A DNA stretch of 64,000 nt, from assembly GCA_965207455.1 (NCBI GenBank), contig CBDBMJ010000001.1, forward strand, positions 1,408,001 through 1,472,000. The letters run 5' to 3'. The position numbers and the translations under genes are program-made. Shown here one piece after another: positions 20,920 through 31,276 of the stretch. Numbering within the stretch: the stretch's first letter is position 1; every line of letters starts with the position of its first letter. Origin of the DNA: Bdellovibrionota bacterium (GTDB lineage Bacteria; Bdellovibrionota; UBA1018; CAIPTA01; JAALKR01). The notes below the pieces were generated by a model. The model was not told the origin of the DNA. It worked only from the letters and a program-made list of their open reading frames with translations, and ran no database searches.

Positions 20920-21705
20920 CTATTTTCTCCCCCTAGCAATTAGCAAGAAAGATTCTGGGTTGAGGCTGGCTCCTCCCACTAGGGCTCCATCAATATTAGG
21001 GCAGTTCATGAGTTCTGTACCCGGCTTTACGCTTCCTCCATAGAGAATCCTCACCTTATGGGCAGCCTCCTGGCCCCAAACCCCCTTTAGCAAGTCGCGC
21101 AAATAGGCGTGGACCTCTTCTGCTTGATCCGCTGTGGCAGTTTTGCCTGTGCCAATGGCCCAAACGGGTTCATAGGCAAGGGTGAAGCCATCGGGATAGG
21201 TGGAGCTCATGGCAAAAAATGGCTCACACTGGGCTCTCAATACGGGAAAAACATTTCCGCTGTCTCGCTCCTCCAGGGTTTCTCCCACGCAAAAAATCCC
21301 TCTCATTCCATTCTGGTAGCTACTAAAAGCACGCTTAGCCGCAGTCTCGTTGGTCTCTGCAAAATAAGCTCGACGTTCGGAGTGACCCACTATTGTATAG
21401 GTGCAGCCCAGCTCTTTCGCTAAAATGGGGGAAAGCTCCCCCGTAAACGCACCCTCATTTTTCCAATGGATATTTTGCACGCCCCAAGAAATATGAAATC
21501 CATTGGCACGATCCTTTAGACCTTTCTCCCAAGCCATATACAAAGAACCAAGGGCTGCTGCTTGAGGAAAAATCCCATACTCTGCCAAAGGGTCTCCTTC
21601 TCCGTTATGGAGCCTGTCTAAAAAGTCGTTGAAAAATAATACGGTTTCTTTCGCTGTTTTATGCATTTTCCAATTGGCTGCGAAGAAAGGTTGGCGTTTA
21701 CTCAT
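20920..21705 (-). CDS. tpiA: Triosephosphate isomerase
   Basis: ANWKM, GHSERR, AYEPVWAIGTG, YGGSV and LVGGASL. Confidence 0.97.
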   Translation of the reverse strand: MSKRQPFFAANWKMHKTAKETVLFFNDFLDRLHNGEGDPLAEYGIFPQAAALGSLYMAWEKGLKDRANGFHISWGVQNIHWKNEGAFTGELSPILAKELGCTYTIVGHSERRAYFAETNETAAKRAFSSYQNGMRGIFCVGETLEERDSGNVFPVLRAQCEPFFAMSSTYPDGFTLAYEPVWAIGTGKTATADQAEEVHAYLRDLLKGVWGQEAAHKVRILYGGSVKPGTELMNCPNIDGALVGGASLNPESFLLIARGRK

Positions 21706-22960
21706 AGCTTTTTTTCCTCCTCATGTCGTTTTCCTCTTCCTCGTCCATGGGTTCAAATTCTCTTTTTTGTATATTTTTTAAAATACTTAGGGCTGGCAGG
21801 GGCTTTCCCTCTAAATAGGCTAGGCTTGCGCCACCACCTGTGCTGACTAGGTCAAAGGCTCTATCGCTGTTTATGATCGATCCATTGGATTTGATTGCGC
21901 GAACGGTATCTCCTCCACCAGCTATTTTCAATGCCGACAAGCCAGCAATACAAGCTCCCAGTTTTTCTGTTCCCTTTGCGTATTTTGGGTTTTCAAAAAG
22001 TCCCATGGGACCGTTCCAAAAAACACTCTCTGCTTCTTCCAGTGCTGCGGTGAAAATACGTATTGTCTCTGGACCAATATCCAAGGCTATCGCATTGGAA
22101 GGAATGGATTGGACCACACGGGGAGATTGAAACTTTGGATCCTTCTCTGGATCCACCACCAAATGATCCACGGGTAAGATAACTCTCACACCCTTTCTTT
22201 TGGCTTTTCTTAAAATCTGTTGGGCTGCTGCCACTCCTTTGTGCTCGCATTTAGATTTTCCAATCTCCTTGTCCTGGGCTTTTAAAAAAGCATACGCCAT
22301 GGCTCCACCCACCAGTATCGTGTTGGCTGTGTCGATTAAATTATCCATCGCTAACAGTTTATCCGTTACTTTACTTCCTCCCACCACAAGGAAAAAAGGC
22401 CTGGGCGGTTTATTTAAAAGACGATCCAAATATTTCAATTCCTTTCGAATGAGGAAGCCCACACCACACTCGGAGAGTCGGGAAGGAAGGGCATGCACAG
22501 AGGCGTGCTTGCGGTGACAAACACCAAAAGCGTCGTTGATATATACCTCTCCAAGTCGACTCAGTCGTCGAGCAAAATCCTTGTCGTTGGCTTCTTCCCC
22601 GGCATCAAAGCGAATATTTTCTAAGAGAGCCACACTTTTATCCACACCATGGGAAACAAAATGCCCCACTCCCTCGTCAAAACCCTCCACTAAAACAACT
22701 TCCCAGTTGAGCATTTCTGCCAAGTAGGCGCCCACTGGCTCTAGGGAATATTGAGGATCTTTTTTCCCCTCGGGGCGTCCCAGGTGGGAGCAAATAACAA
22801 GGCGAGCGGCTCGCTCCAAACAGTAACGAATGGTGGGCAGGGCATTGTCGATTCTTGTGGTATCCATTATCTTTCCATCGTCGGAAAGAGGTACATTGAG
22901 ATCCAAGCGAAGAAAGACAACCCTTCCCTTTAAATAGAGCTGTTCCATGAAAGAGATCAT
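21698..22960 (-). CDS. pgk: Phosphoglycerate kinase
   Basis: RLDLNVP, SHLGRP, LLENIRF, WNGPMG and STGGGASL. Start moved to MISFMEQ, just after the gap stop. Confidence 0.96.
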   Translation of the reverse strand: MISFMEQLYLKGRVVFLRLDLNVPLSDDGKIMDTTRIDNALPTIRYCLERAARLVICSHLGRPEGKKDPQYSLEPVGAYLAEMLNWEVVLVEGFDEGVGHFVSHGVDKSVALLENIRFDAGEEANDKDFARRLSRLGEVYINDAFGVCHRKHASVHALPSRLSECGVGFLIRKELKYLDRLLNKPPRPFFLVVGGSKVTDKLLAMDNLIDTANTILVGGAMAYAFLKAQDKEIGKSKCEHKGVAAAQQILRKAKRKGVRVILPVDHLVVDPEKDPKFQSPRVVQSIPSNAIALDIGPETIRIFTAALEEAESVFWNGPMGLFENPKYAKGTEKLGACIAGLSALKIAGGGDTVRAIKSNGSIINSDRAFDLVSTGGGASLAYLEGKPLPALSILKNIQKREFEPMDEEEENDMRRKKSYE

Positions 22961-22962
22961 TC

Positions 22963-23958
22963 CTATTTCCTCAAGAAAGTGGCAAGGTCCAGTAGACGAG
23001 CAGAATAGCCCGTTTCGTTGTCGTACCAAGAAAGAACTTTTACTAAATTTTGATCCACCACCTGAGTGCTAAGAGCATCGAAGCAGGACGAATGGGTGTC
23101 TCCATTATAATCACTACTCACTAACGGTGCATGGGAGTAACGAAGAATTCCTTTTCGGTTTTTGGAGGCTAACTCCATGGCTTTATTGATGGCTTCCACG
23201 CTCGTAGCTTTTTCCAGTTCAACCGTAAGATCCAAAACGGAAACATTGGGTGTGGGCACTCGAATGGCAAAACCGTTAAGTTTTCCCTTTAAGCGAGGAA
23301 GCACCTGACCAATGGCTTTCGCTGCCCCCGTGGAGGTGGGAATCATGTTCAAGGCCGCTGCCCGGGTACGCCTAAGGTCTGTATGGGGGAGGTCCAGAAT
23401 TTTTTGATCGTTGGTATAGGAATGAATGGTGGTCATTAATCCACGACGAATACCAAAATTTTCATCCAGCACTTGGGCCACTGGAGCAAGGGCATTGGTC
23501 GTGCAACTCGCATTGGAAATCACATGGTGTTTCGAAGGATCGTAGTCACTTTCATTAATGCCCATACAAATCGTTTGATCCGCATCTTTCGAAGGAGCTG
23601 AAATAATAACTTTGGACGCTCCCGCTTGGAGGTGGGCCGCTGCCTTTTCCCTTGCTGTAAACACGCCTGTACATTCAAGAACAATATCCACCCCTAAGGA
23701 TTTCCATGGAATGGAGGCTGGGTCCCTCTCTGAAAAAAACCGCACAAATTGACCATCTACTTCCATGCCGTTGTCTGCCAGCTCTACTGAAGCGGAAAGT
23801 GGACCATGGACAGAGTCGTACTGAAAAAGATGGGCTGAGGTGGAGGCGCTCCCCAAATCATTGACTGCCACCACATCCACGTCGTCACGCAACAGCGACA
23901 AACGCATAACCTTGCGTCCAATTCGTCCGAATCCGTTAATGGCAACCCTTAAAGACAT
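22963..23958 (-). CDS. gap: Type I glyceraldehyde-3-phosphate dehydrogenase
   Basis: INGFGRIGR, SNASCTTN and WYDNE. Confidence 0.97.
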   Translation of the reverse strand: MSLRVAINGFGRIGRKVMRLSLLRDDVDVVAVNDLGSASTSAHLFQYDSVHGPLSASVELADNGMEVDGQFVRFFSERDPASIPWKSLGVDIVLECTGVFTAREKAAAHLQAGASKVIISAPSKDADQTICMGINESDYDPSKHHVISNASCTTNALAPVAQVLDENFGIRRGLMTTIHSYTNDQKILDLPHTDLRRTRAAALNMIPTSTGAAKAIGQVLPRLKGKLNGFAIRVPTPNVSVLDLTVELEKATSVEAINKAMELASKNRKGILRYSHAPLVSSDYNGDTHSSCFDALSTQVVDQNLVKVLSWYDNETGYSARLLDLATFLRK

Positions 23959-24058
23959 CTACCTCTCTATTAACCATTAATTCCACCTAGACACAAGAGG
24001 ACAAACCCCTTTCAGCCCCTTTTTTTCCAAACTCCCCTATAATCTCCCGCGTAGCTTT

Positions 24059-24084
24059 GCTACTATCGGCCTATAGGCTGTCCT
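24059..24084 (+). repeat. Direct repeat, left copy (GCTACTATCGGCCTATAGGCTGTCCT)
   Basis: 24/26 identical to 25050-25075, which spans the ileS start codon. Confidence 0.85.
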
Positions 24085-24166
24085 AGAGCTACGCACTATT
24101 GCCATAATCCAAGCGAAATTCTTATGGCTCGCATAAATGAAGTGTTTACGATAATATTTATTTCCA

Positions 24167-25042
24167 ATGGCATTCAACTATATTGATAGAAAAGATGTTG
24201 AGGAAATTCATCAGTGCATTTCAAAAAAAGCAATGGGGACTAATGACCCGGTAACTCCATCTGGTCTGAAAAGCCTTCATTTATTAGAATCAGCAATATC
24301 TAGACAATACACTTCTATAGGTACATTGCTAAAATACAACACTGTAGAGAAACTTGCAGCAACTATTTTATTTGGCATTTCTAGAAACCATCCCTTTCAT
24401 AACGGTAACAAAAGAACTGCACTTGTTTCCTGTTTAGTTCTGCTGGAAAGAAATTATTATTTACCTAAAAAAGAACGTAACGTTACTCATAAAGATTTTT
24501 ATGATCTAGTATTAGCAATAGCTTCACCAAGAAAAAATATAAATAAAAAAGAAGCGGCTCTTCGTCGTATTGCACTTAATGAAGGATTACGAAAGAATGA
24601 ATTTCGTCGATACAAAGAGCAATATCCAAGAGACGACGATGATGAGTTAGATATTATTGCTGATTGGATAGGGCGTAAAACAAGAAAAGCTAATATGCAG
24701 GATAAGGTTCTCACTGTTAATAAATTAAAAAAAATACTGCAAAATCAAAAATTAAAGAAAATGCTGCAAAAACAAAAGCTGCCCGAAATTACTATTGAGA
24801 TAAAAAAAGGCAAATTGAAGATAATGCAGGATATAAATATTTTTAAAAAAATAAAGCATTCCATGAGTTGCTCTAATGAACATATGGAGTTAAATGCAAA
24901 TAGGGTAAGGGAAATAAGAAAGAAATTTTCATTAACTCCTGAGCACGGAGTAGATTCAACAGTATTTTACTCTAAAGACATAGTTATTGACAGTATCTTA
25001 TCTGAATATAGTAATATTCTGAATAAACTTTCAAAAACATAA
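24167..25042 (+). CDS. Fic/Doc (death-on-curing) family protein with a C-terminal extension
   Basis: LLESAISR and HPFHNGNKRTAL (Doc-type Fic motif); visibly more AT-rich than gap and ileS. Confidence 0.88.
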   Translation: MAFNYIDRKDVEEIHQCISKKAMGTNDPVTPSGLKSLHLLESAISRQYTSIGTLLKYNTVEKLAATILFGISRNHPFHNGNKRTALVSCLVLLERNYYLPKKERNVTHKDFYDLVLAIASPRKNINKKEAALRRIALNEGLRKNEFRRYKEQYPRDDDDELDIIADWIGRKTRKANMQDKVLTVNKLKKILQNQKLKKMLQKQKLPEITIEIKKGKLKIMQDINIFKKIKHSMSCSNEHMELNANRVREIRKKFSLTPEHGVDSTVFYSKDIVIDSILSEYSNILNKLSKT

Positions 25043-25049
25043 GCTGTAA

Positions 25050-25075
25050 GCTACTATCGGCCTATGGGCTTTCCT
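25050..25075 (+). repeat. Direct repeat, right copy, containing a TACTAT -10-like box and the ileS ATG
   Basis: GCTACTATCGGCCTATGGGCTTTCCT. Confidence 0.85.
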
Positions 25076-28000
25076 GAATATGGCAATACCTATCAATTTT
25101 CCTCCTTTGAGTCGGCAGTTCGTCAGTACTGGAAAAAGCAAAAAGTTTTTCAGCGAGTGATTTCCAAGGGGAAGGGCAAAAAAGCTTTTGGCTTCTACGA
25201 TGGTCCTCCTTTTGCTACGGGCACGCCCCACTATGGACACCTTCTGGCTGGCACGATCAAGGATATTATACCTCGGTATTGGACCATGAGGGGTTATCAT
25301 TGCGAGCGTCGTTTTGGTTGGGATTGCCACGGGTTGCCTGTGGAGTTTGGTGTGGAGAAAGAGCTAAAACTCAAGGGTTCTCAGGAGATTATTCAGTACG
25401 GAGTTTCCAAATTTAATGAAGCTTGCAGGGGTGTGGTTTTAAAGTACACAAAAGAATGGCGAGAGACTGTGGAGCGAATGGGACGTTGGGTGGACTTGGA
25501 CAACGACTATAAAACCATGGACCCCGACTTTATGGAGAGTATTTGGTGGGTTTTTCACGAGCTATGGAAAAAGGGATTAATCTACCAGGGAAAAAAAGTA
25601 GTTCCCTATTCATGGAGAATCACTGCTCCCCTTTCCAACTTTGAGGCTGGCTTGAATTATAAGTCTGTCCAAGACCCGGCCATTAGTGTGTTGTTTTCTT
25701 GCACTCAAAATCCTAAGGAGGCTTTTCTTGCTTGGACCACCACTCCTTGGACGCTTCCTGGAAACCTAGCCCTATGTGTGCACCCCGATCTTCTTTACGT
25801 TAAGGTAAAAATAAAAAAGCACCTTTCCCCTAGTGCTATTGAAACTGTCTGGATTCTGGAGAATCGTCTCTCAGTCTATGAAAAAGAGTTGGACTCCAGT
25901 CCATTGGAAAAAGTTTCGGGGAAGGATTTAATTGGAAAAACATATGTGCCGTTGTTTCCTTTCTATAAAAATCAAAAGAACGCGTTTCAGATTATTCAGG
26001 GGGATTTCGTTACCGATTCAGATGGAACGGGAATCGTGCATGCGGCTCCCAGTTTTGGAGAGGACGACTTTCACACCTGTGCCGCTGTGGGGATTGAGCC
26101 CGTGGACCCCACAGACAGTGCTGCTCTCTTTACCCATGAGGCTCCTCCCTACGAGGGGAAATTCGTAAAGGATGGGGACAAGGACATTATTCGGGACTTA
26201 AAAGCCAGTGGGCACCTGTTACAGCAAACAACGATTCAGCACAATTATCCCTACTGTTATCGCTCTGAGACTCCTCTTATTTATAAAGCCATTTCCACTT
26301 GGTTTGTAAAAATGGAGCCTCTTCGAGAGAAAATGATCCAGCATAATCAGTCCATACACTGGGTGCCTTCCCATTTAAAGGATGGTCGCTTTGGTCAGTG
26401 GCTTGCCAATGCAAGGGATTGGTGTATTGCTCGTAATCGTTTTTGGGGCACGCCCATTCCCGTTTGGATTTGTGAGAATTGTGAAAATACTTTTGTGGCT
26501 TCTTCCAGGGCCTCTTTAGAGGAAAAAGTTCAAGAAAAAGTGGAGGATCTCCACTCCCATTTCATCGACAAGTACATTCTAGACTGTGAAAAATGTGGAA
26601 ATTCCAAGTCCATGCGGCGCACTCCAGAGATTTTGGATTGTTGGTTTGAATCGGGTTCCATGCCCTACGCTCAGTTGCACTATCCGTTTGAAAACAAGGA
26701 AAAATTTCACGATTCTTACCCCGCAGATTTTATTGCTGAAGGTTTGGATCAAACTAGGGGTTGGTTCTATACCCTCACTGTTCTAGCAGCTGCTCTTTTC
26801 GACAAGCCTGCCTTTCGTAACTGTGTGACCAACGGAATTGTGATGGCAGAGGATGGGAAGAAAATGAGTAAAAGTTTAAACAACTATCCCAATCCGAATA
26901 CGCTTTTAGATAAGCATGGAGCGGACGCCCTACGCTTATATTTTATGCAGTCTCCGGGAGTGTACGGTCAGGAGTTGCAGTTTTCAGAAAAACAGTTGGT
27001 AGAGCATATGCGTTCCGTTCTTCTACCGATATGGAACACTTATAATTTCTTTGCTTCCTATGCAAATATCGACGGTTTTACAAAAGAAATAAAAGCACCG
27101 CCCGTAGCCCAACGTCCCTACATGGATCGTTGGATACTTGCCTTACTCCATGAAATGGAGGTTGAGATACACACCACCATGGAGAAATACGCCCTAGCCC
27201 CCGTATCTGCCCACATTGCAAGCTTTGTGGATAATCTCACTAACTGGTATATTCGTCTCAACCGTTCTCGATTTTGGGCAGAAAAAGAAGGGGATTTTTC
27301 TTCCGACAAGCTCGCTGCCTACAGCACCACCTGGGAAGTGCTCCATGGCTTGAGTAAAATTATGGCGCCCTATTTACCATTTTTTTCCGAGTGTCTCCAT
27401 GCCAGCCTCCAATACAACCTGCACCCCAATGACTTGGGTAAGGATATGGAGAATATACTTAGCGTTCATGAAACAACATACGATGTGGGAAAAAAAATAA
27501 CAGAAAACAAAACCCTTCTAGAGGAGATGCGTACTGCTCAAAAAACCATTCTTCTGGGTCGCAGCCTCAGATCCAATGCGAAGATTAGTTTACGCCAGCC
27601 TTTACAGAAAATCACCCTAGCGGGGCTTACGAAAACTGAGGAGAAAAACCTTTTTGAATTGGAGGAGCTTGTTCGACGGGAATTAAACATTAAAGAGATT
27701 AAAATCATGAAGGACACTTCCAAGCTTGTGATAGAAAGTGTAAAGCCCAATCTACCGAGGGTGGGAAAGCGAGTAGGAAAAAAAATGGGTCTCTTCCAGA
27801 AAGAGCTCCGCTCCTGGGGGGTTTTAGAAATTAGTGCCTTTGAGGCTAAGGGTGTTGCCACTGTAGCAGGAATAGACTTGGATCGGGAAGATCTCTTTAT
27901 TCACCGGGAGGCTGTGGAGGGAAAGTGTGCTGGAGCCCTCAACGGGCTTGTGGCAGAACTCCATACGGAAATAACGGAATCGCTTCGTAAGGAAGGTATT

Positions 28001-28267
28001 GAAAGAGAAATTATCAACCGAATCCAACAGCGAAGAAAGTCCATGAACTTCCACCTTGCAGATAGAATTCAAGTGCAGTGGGTGGGGGAAAATACTACCC
28101 AAGAAGTTTTACAAAAAGAGTCCAAAGCATGCGGCATGATTAGCAATGAAGTATTAGCTGTGGAGTGGGTAGAGAAAAAAATACAGGATTTAGCTGACCA
28201 GGAAAAAGTTAAACTTACGGAGCAGGAGTGGTTTGCCTTTTCCCTACAGCAATGGAAGGAGAAATAA
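25064..28267 (+). CDS. ileS: Isoleucine--tRNA ligase, type 2 (IleRS2)
   Basis: [46 protein letters not shown] and KMSKS. Confidence 0.97.
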   Translation: MGFPEYGNTYQFSSFESAVRQYWKKQKVFQRVISKGKGKKAFGFYDGPPFATGTPHYGHLLAGTIKDIIPRYWTMRGYHCERRFGWDCHGLPVEFGVEKELKLKGSQEIIQYGVSKFNEACRGVVLKYTKEWRETVERMGRWVDLDNDYKTMDPDFMESIWWVFHELWKKGLIYQGKKVVPYSWRITAPLSNFEAGLNYKSVQDPAISVLFSCTQNPKEAFLAWTTTPWTLPGNLALCVHPDLLYVKVKIKKHLSPSAIETVWILENRLSVYEKELDSSPLEKVSGKDLIGKTYVPLFPFYKNQKNAFQIIQGDFVTDSDGTGIVHAAPSFGEDDFHTCAAVGIEPVDPTDSAALFTHEAPPYEGKFVKDGDKDIIRDLKASGHLLQQTTIQHNYPYCYRSETPLIYKAISTWFVKMEPLREKMIQHNQSIHWVPSHLKDGRFGQWLANARDWCIARNRFWGTPIPVWICENCENTFVASSRASLEEKVQEKVEDLHSHFIDKYILDCEKCGNSKSMRRTPEILDCWFESGSMPYAQLHYPFENKEKFHDSYPADFIAEGLDQTRGWFYTLTVLAAALFDKPAFRNCVTNGIVMAEDGKKMSKSLNNYPNPNTLLDKHGADALRLYFMQSPGVYGQELQFSEKQLVEHMRSVLLPIWNTYNFFASYANIDGFTKEIKAPPVAQRPYMDRWILALLHEMEVEIHTTMEKYALAPVSAHIASFVDNLTNWYIRLNRSRFWAEKEGDFSSDKLAAYSTTWEVLHGLSKIMAPYLPFFSECLHASLQYNLHPNDLGKDMENILSVHETTYDVGKKITENKTLLEEMRTAQKTILLGRSLRSNAKISLRQPLQKITLAGLTKTEEKNLFELEELVRRELNIKEIKIMKDTSKLVIESVKPNLPRVGKRVGKKMGLFQKELRSWGVLEISAFEAKGVATVAGIDLDREDLFIHREAVEGKCAGALNGLVAELHTEITESLRKEGIEREIINRIQQRRKSMNFHLADRIQVQWVGENTTQEVLQKESKACGMISNEVLAVEWVEKKIQDLADQEKVKLTEQEWFAFSLQQWKEK

Positions 28268-28269
28268 AA

Positions 28270-29064
28270 ATGAAACAGTACCTAGACCTACTAAAGGACG
28301 TATTGGAGAAGGGAGAAAGGAAGGGGGACCGCACGGGCACGGGCACACAAAGCCTCTTTGGCTATCAAATGCGTTTTCCCTTGGAGGAGAGTTTCCCCCT
28401 AGTGACCACAAAAAAATGCCACCTACACTCCATTATTCACGAGCTTCTATGGTTTTTAAAAGGGGATACCAACATCCAGTACCTAAAAGAAAATAAGGTG
28501 CGGATTTGGAACGAGTGGGCAGATGAAGATGGAAACTTAGGTCCCATATACGGTCACCAATGGCGATCTTGGCCTACTGGGGATGGGAGGTCTATCGATC
28601 AAATGAAAGGCGTAGTGGAGGAAATACAAAGCAATCCTGATTCGCGTAGGTTAGTGGTAAGTGCATGGAATGTGGGAGACTTGGACAAGATGGCCCTTCC
28701 CCCCTGCCATGTGCTCTTTCAGTTTTATGTGTCCGAGGGTAAGCTCTCCTGCCAGCTCTACCAAAGAAGTGCGGATATTTTTCTGGGTGTGCCTTTCAAT
28801 ATTGCCAGTTACTCGCTCTTAACCATGATGGTGGCTCAAGCCTGCAACCTCAAGCCGGGCACGTTTATCCACACTCTAGGGGATGCCCACCTCTATCAGA
28901 ACCATTTGGAGCAAGCTCAAGAGCAGCTCAAGCGCGAGCCCTATCCGTTGCCCACCATGCATTTGAATAAAAAGGCGCGGGACCTTTTTTCTATGGAAGA
29001 AAAAGATTTTGAGTTGAAGAACTACCAGTGCCATCCGCCTATTTCGGCACCGATTGCTGTGTAA
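28270..29064 (+). CDS. thyA: Thymidylate synthase
   Basis: DRTGTGT, MALPPCH and [14 protein letters not shown]. Start at MKQYL with a GGAG RBS. Confidence 0.97.
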   Translation: MKQYLDLLKDVLEKGERKGDRTGTGTQSLFGYQMRFPLEESFPLVTTKKCHLHSIIHELLWFLKGDTNIQYLKENKVRIWNEWADEDGNLGPIYGHQWRSWPTGDGRSIDQMKGVVEEIQSNPDSRRLVVSAWNVGDLDKMALPPCHVLFQFYVSEGKLSCQLYQRSADIFLGVPFNIASYSLLTMMVAQACNLKPGTFIHTLGDAHLYQNHLEQAQEQLKREPYPLPTMHLNKKARDLFSMEEKDFELKNYQCHPPISAPIAV

Positions 29065-29219
29065 ATGGATTTTTTTCAGGGGGGGCTTAAAGGGGGTACT
29101 GAAAAACGTGAAGGGGCAAAAATGAGATGCTTTCTTACATCTCCTAAGACCCTAAGCGCTTTCGCCTCTAAGCCTTTTCGCCCCTTCGCCGTGTACTCTA
29201 TACCGTTATAGCAAAGAAA

Positions 29220-29483
29220 CTATGTGGTAATAAAATCGTGGGCACGAACAGTTTTACGACCGTTTGCCTTTGCTCGACCTGCAGCTTGGGTAATGTGCCA
29301 GTGCAATATTTCATTTAGGCCAGTAATTGCATCAGAGGATGTATTACAGCCAAAGTTCCGTATAGTGGTTTTCACCTTACTGCTCACAGCAAGAGTCTCT
29401 AAGGTCTTTGTTGTACGCTTAGGGGTTCTTGTTGTTTTTGTTGTTTTCGTTGTTCTCTTTGTTCCGGTTTTTTGTCTTGCCAT
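29220..29483 (-). CDS. Bacterial histone-fold protein with a basic N-terminal tail
   Basis: Core ETLAVSSKVK...NTSSDAITGLNE...RAKANGRKTVRAHDF contains the histone RKTxxxxD motif and resembles Bdellovibrio and Leptospira histones. AAAGGA RBS. Confidence 0.9.
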   Translation of the reverse strand: MARQKTGTKRTTKTTKTTRTPKRTTKTLETLAVSSKVKTTIRNFGCNTSSDAITGLNEILHWHITQAAGRAKANGRKTVRAHDFITT

Positions 29484-29550
29484 ATCTAATATTTCCTTTC
29501 ATGAAATTAAGACGAATGTTTATAACGTTAATAACTATGTAACAGACTAA

Positions 29551-29579
29551 AGGGTAAATGCTTGTTTCTCACAGGTCAA
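29551..29579 (-). promoter_or_regulatory. Candidate histone-gene promoter TTGACC-N17-TACCCT
   Basis: Consensus-like hexamers with 17-bp spacing, about 70 bp upstream of the ATG. Confidence 0.45.
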
Positions 29580-29588
29580 AGAAAAAAA

Positions 29589-29624
29589 GCAAATAATGCA
29601 AATAATGCAAATAATGCAAATAAT
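29589..29624. repeat. Perfect 9-bp tandem repeat (GCAAATAAT)x4
   Basis: Read directly; lies between the divergent histone and receiver genes. Confidence 0.92.
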
Positions 29625-29717
29625 GGCAGCACACTGCTTCTTTAGGCAAAATTCCAGGGTTCGATTAGGTCTAGGAATCCCATTTGAAAGTTGCTATAAT
29701 TAAATAAAATAAGTTTT

Positions 29718-30350
29718 ATGAATAATGAAGCAAAAAAATATAAAGTCCCACGTATTTTAATTCTGGACGACAACAGCGATTTAGTGGACGTGTGTGCAGA
29801 CACGCTCCACGAGCTATACCATGTAATCAAAGCCACCTCTCCCTTTGAGGCTCTCAATTTAATGCTGGGAAGCAAAGGTGCCATAGATTTAATCCTTTCG
29901 GACTATATTATGCCTGGTATGAACGGGATAGAGCTTATAAAAAGGCTTCGTAAGGAAGGAATATATACACCAGCCATTCTATACTCTGGAAAAAAGATTG
30001 AAGAGCAATCGGATGAGTTTATTAAAATCATGGAGAAGCCATTTCGCATGAAAGAGTTAATGGAGGAGGCAGCCCGGGCCATTCATGTTATCCAGCAGGA
30101 CAGGAATTTTTCTGGAGAGTTCTCCGGTGCCCTCAAGCAACTGGATACAGCTATTCACAGTTTAGAGAAATTTCTAATGCACAAGCATAAAAACTTTTCA
30201 TCCTTAACTCCAGAGATGGCTCTTATTGCCCTAAAGAGCGACAGTACCTATGATGTTTTTGTGTCTTGGCATTCCCTCAAGCAAATGCAATTAACGATGA
30301 CGAGACCGTCTTCTGACCCGTCTGACCCGCCCGTTTCGCTTCCCACCTAG
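29718..30350 (+). CDS. Response regulator receiver protein with an unknown helical C-terminal region
   Basis: ILILDD, ILSDYIMPGMNG and KPF. Confidence 0.88.
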   Translation: MNNEAKKYKVPRILILDDNSDLVDVCADTLHELYHVIKATSPFEALNLMLGSKGAIDLILSDYIMPGMNGIELIKRLRKEGIYTPAILYSGKKIEEQSDEFIKIMEKPFRMKELMEEAARAIHVIQQDRNFSGEFSGALKQLDTAIHSLEKFLMHKHKNFSSLTPEMALIALKSDSTYDVFVSWHSLKQMQLTMTRPSSDPSDPPVSLPT

Positions 30351-30913
30351 AGGTCGGCAGTAATCCCCACCTTGATGGCTTCCCAGTTATGTTTATTATC
30401 AAGATCCCTGCTAGCTCCGTTATTACTTATCTCGCCATAACTTAAAGAGTCGTAGCTGAGACTGAGTTTTATAAACGGTGCTACGGTGAGTGCGGCCATC
30501 AGGCGAATTCCTGCCGGGCTTGTAACTTCATCTCCACCTAAGTTTCTAATATTATCAAACGTATATGCACCAATGGGGGAGTAGACTCCCATAAAAAATA
30601 AGGGGCCAACGTGAATAGAGGCTGCCCCACCCACAAGGTAACCGCTCCCTGAAATATCCGTATTACTTGATTCATTGAAAGTCCTAAACTGCGAGGAAAC
30701 ATGATACTCAAGGTAGGGGCCTATGGATAAAAGAGGGGTAACACTAATTCCTGGGCGAACATAAAAGCCGTAAGTGGTGGCTAGACGAGAGTCCAGGCCA
30801 TCATCCTGTGCGTAGCTACCCACTCCCGCAAAAAATCCTCCATTGAGGCCTAAATTGCCTAAGGCATACTGGGGAGCAAGCAAAAAAATAAGTATTATGG
30901 ATATTCGAAACAT
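30347..30913 (-). CDS. Probable small outer-membrane beta-barrel protein
   Basis: Signal peptide from MFRISIIL (GGAG RBS), alternating beta-strand pattern, terminal strand IKVGITADL. Confidence 0.6.
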   Translation of the reverse strand: MFRISIILIFLLAPQYALGNLGLNGGFFAGVGSYAQDDGLDSRLATTYGFYVRPGISVTPLLSIGPYLEYHVSSQFRTFNESSNTDISGSGYLVGGAASIHVGPLFFMGVYSPIGAYTFDNIRNLGGDEVTSPAGIRLMAALTVAPFIKLSLSYDSLSYGEISNNGASRDLDNKHNWEAIKVGITADL

Positions 30914-31276
30914 TGGGTTCTCCTTTTTGTTATTTACTTTGACCATCTTAATATTAACATAACTCCATTCACGAATCCTATACTACACGTCCAGCCCCAT
31001 TATCCTACTTGCTAGCGTCCTTGAAAAAGAACTGCTGTGGAAAAGGGTAAAGATATTCAAAGGGAGTTTCTTGCCTTCGATCTCAGGAAGAGAGCAGTCC
31101 GACGAAAGAAAAATCATTAATAAAAACAATAGTTTAGAAATTTTCGACAAAATGAGTCGAAACAGTACTTGACTATTATTATCCGCTGATGTATACTGTA
31201 CTCGCTGCAACTGATAGTGCGCAGCACAATTTCGGCAGTGCAACTTAATACTACATAAAGGGAGGAAGAAATAATT

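Noticed and set aside
25064..28267. IleRS2 as an acquired mupirocin-resistance gene
   Set aside because: It is coupled to thyA, has backbone-like composition and an ordinary HYGH motif, so it is probably the housekeeping copy.
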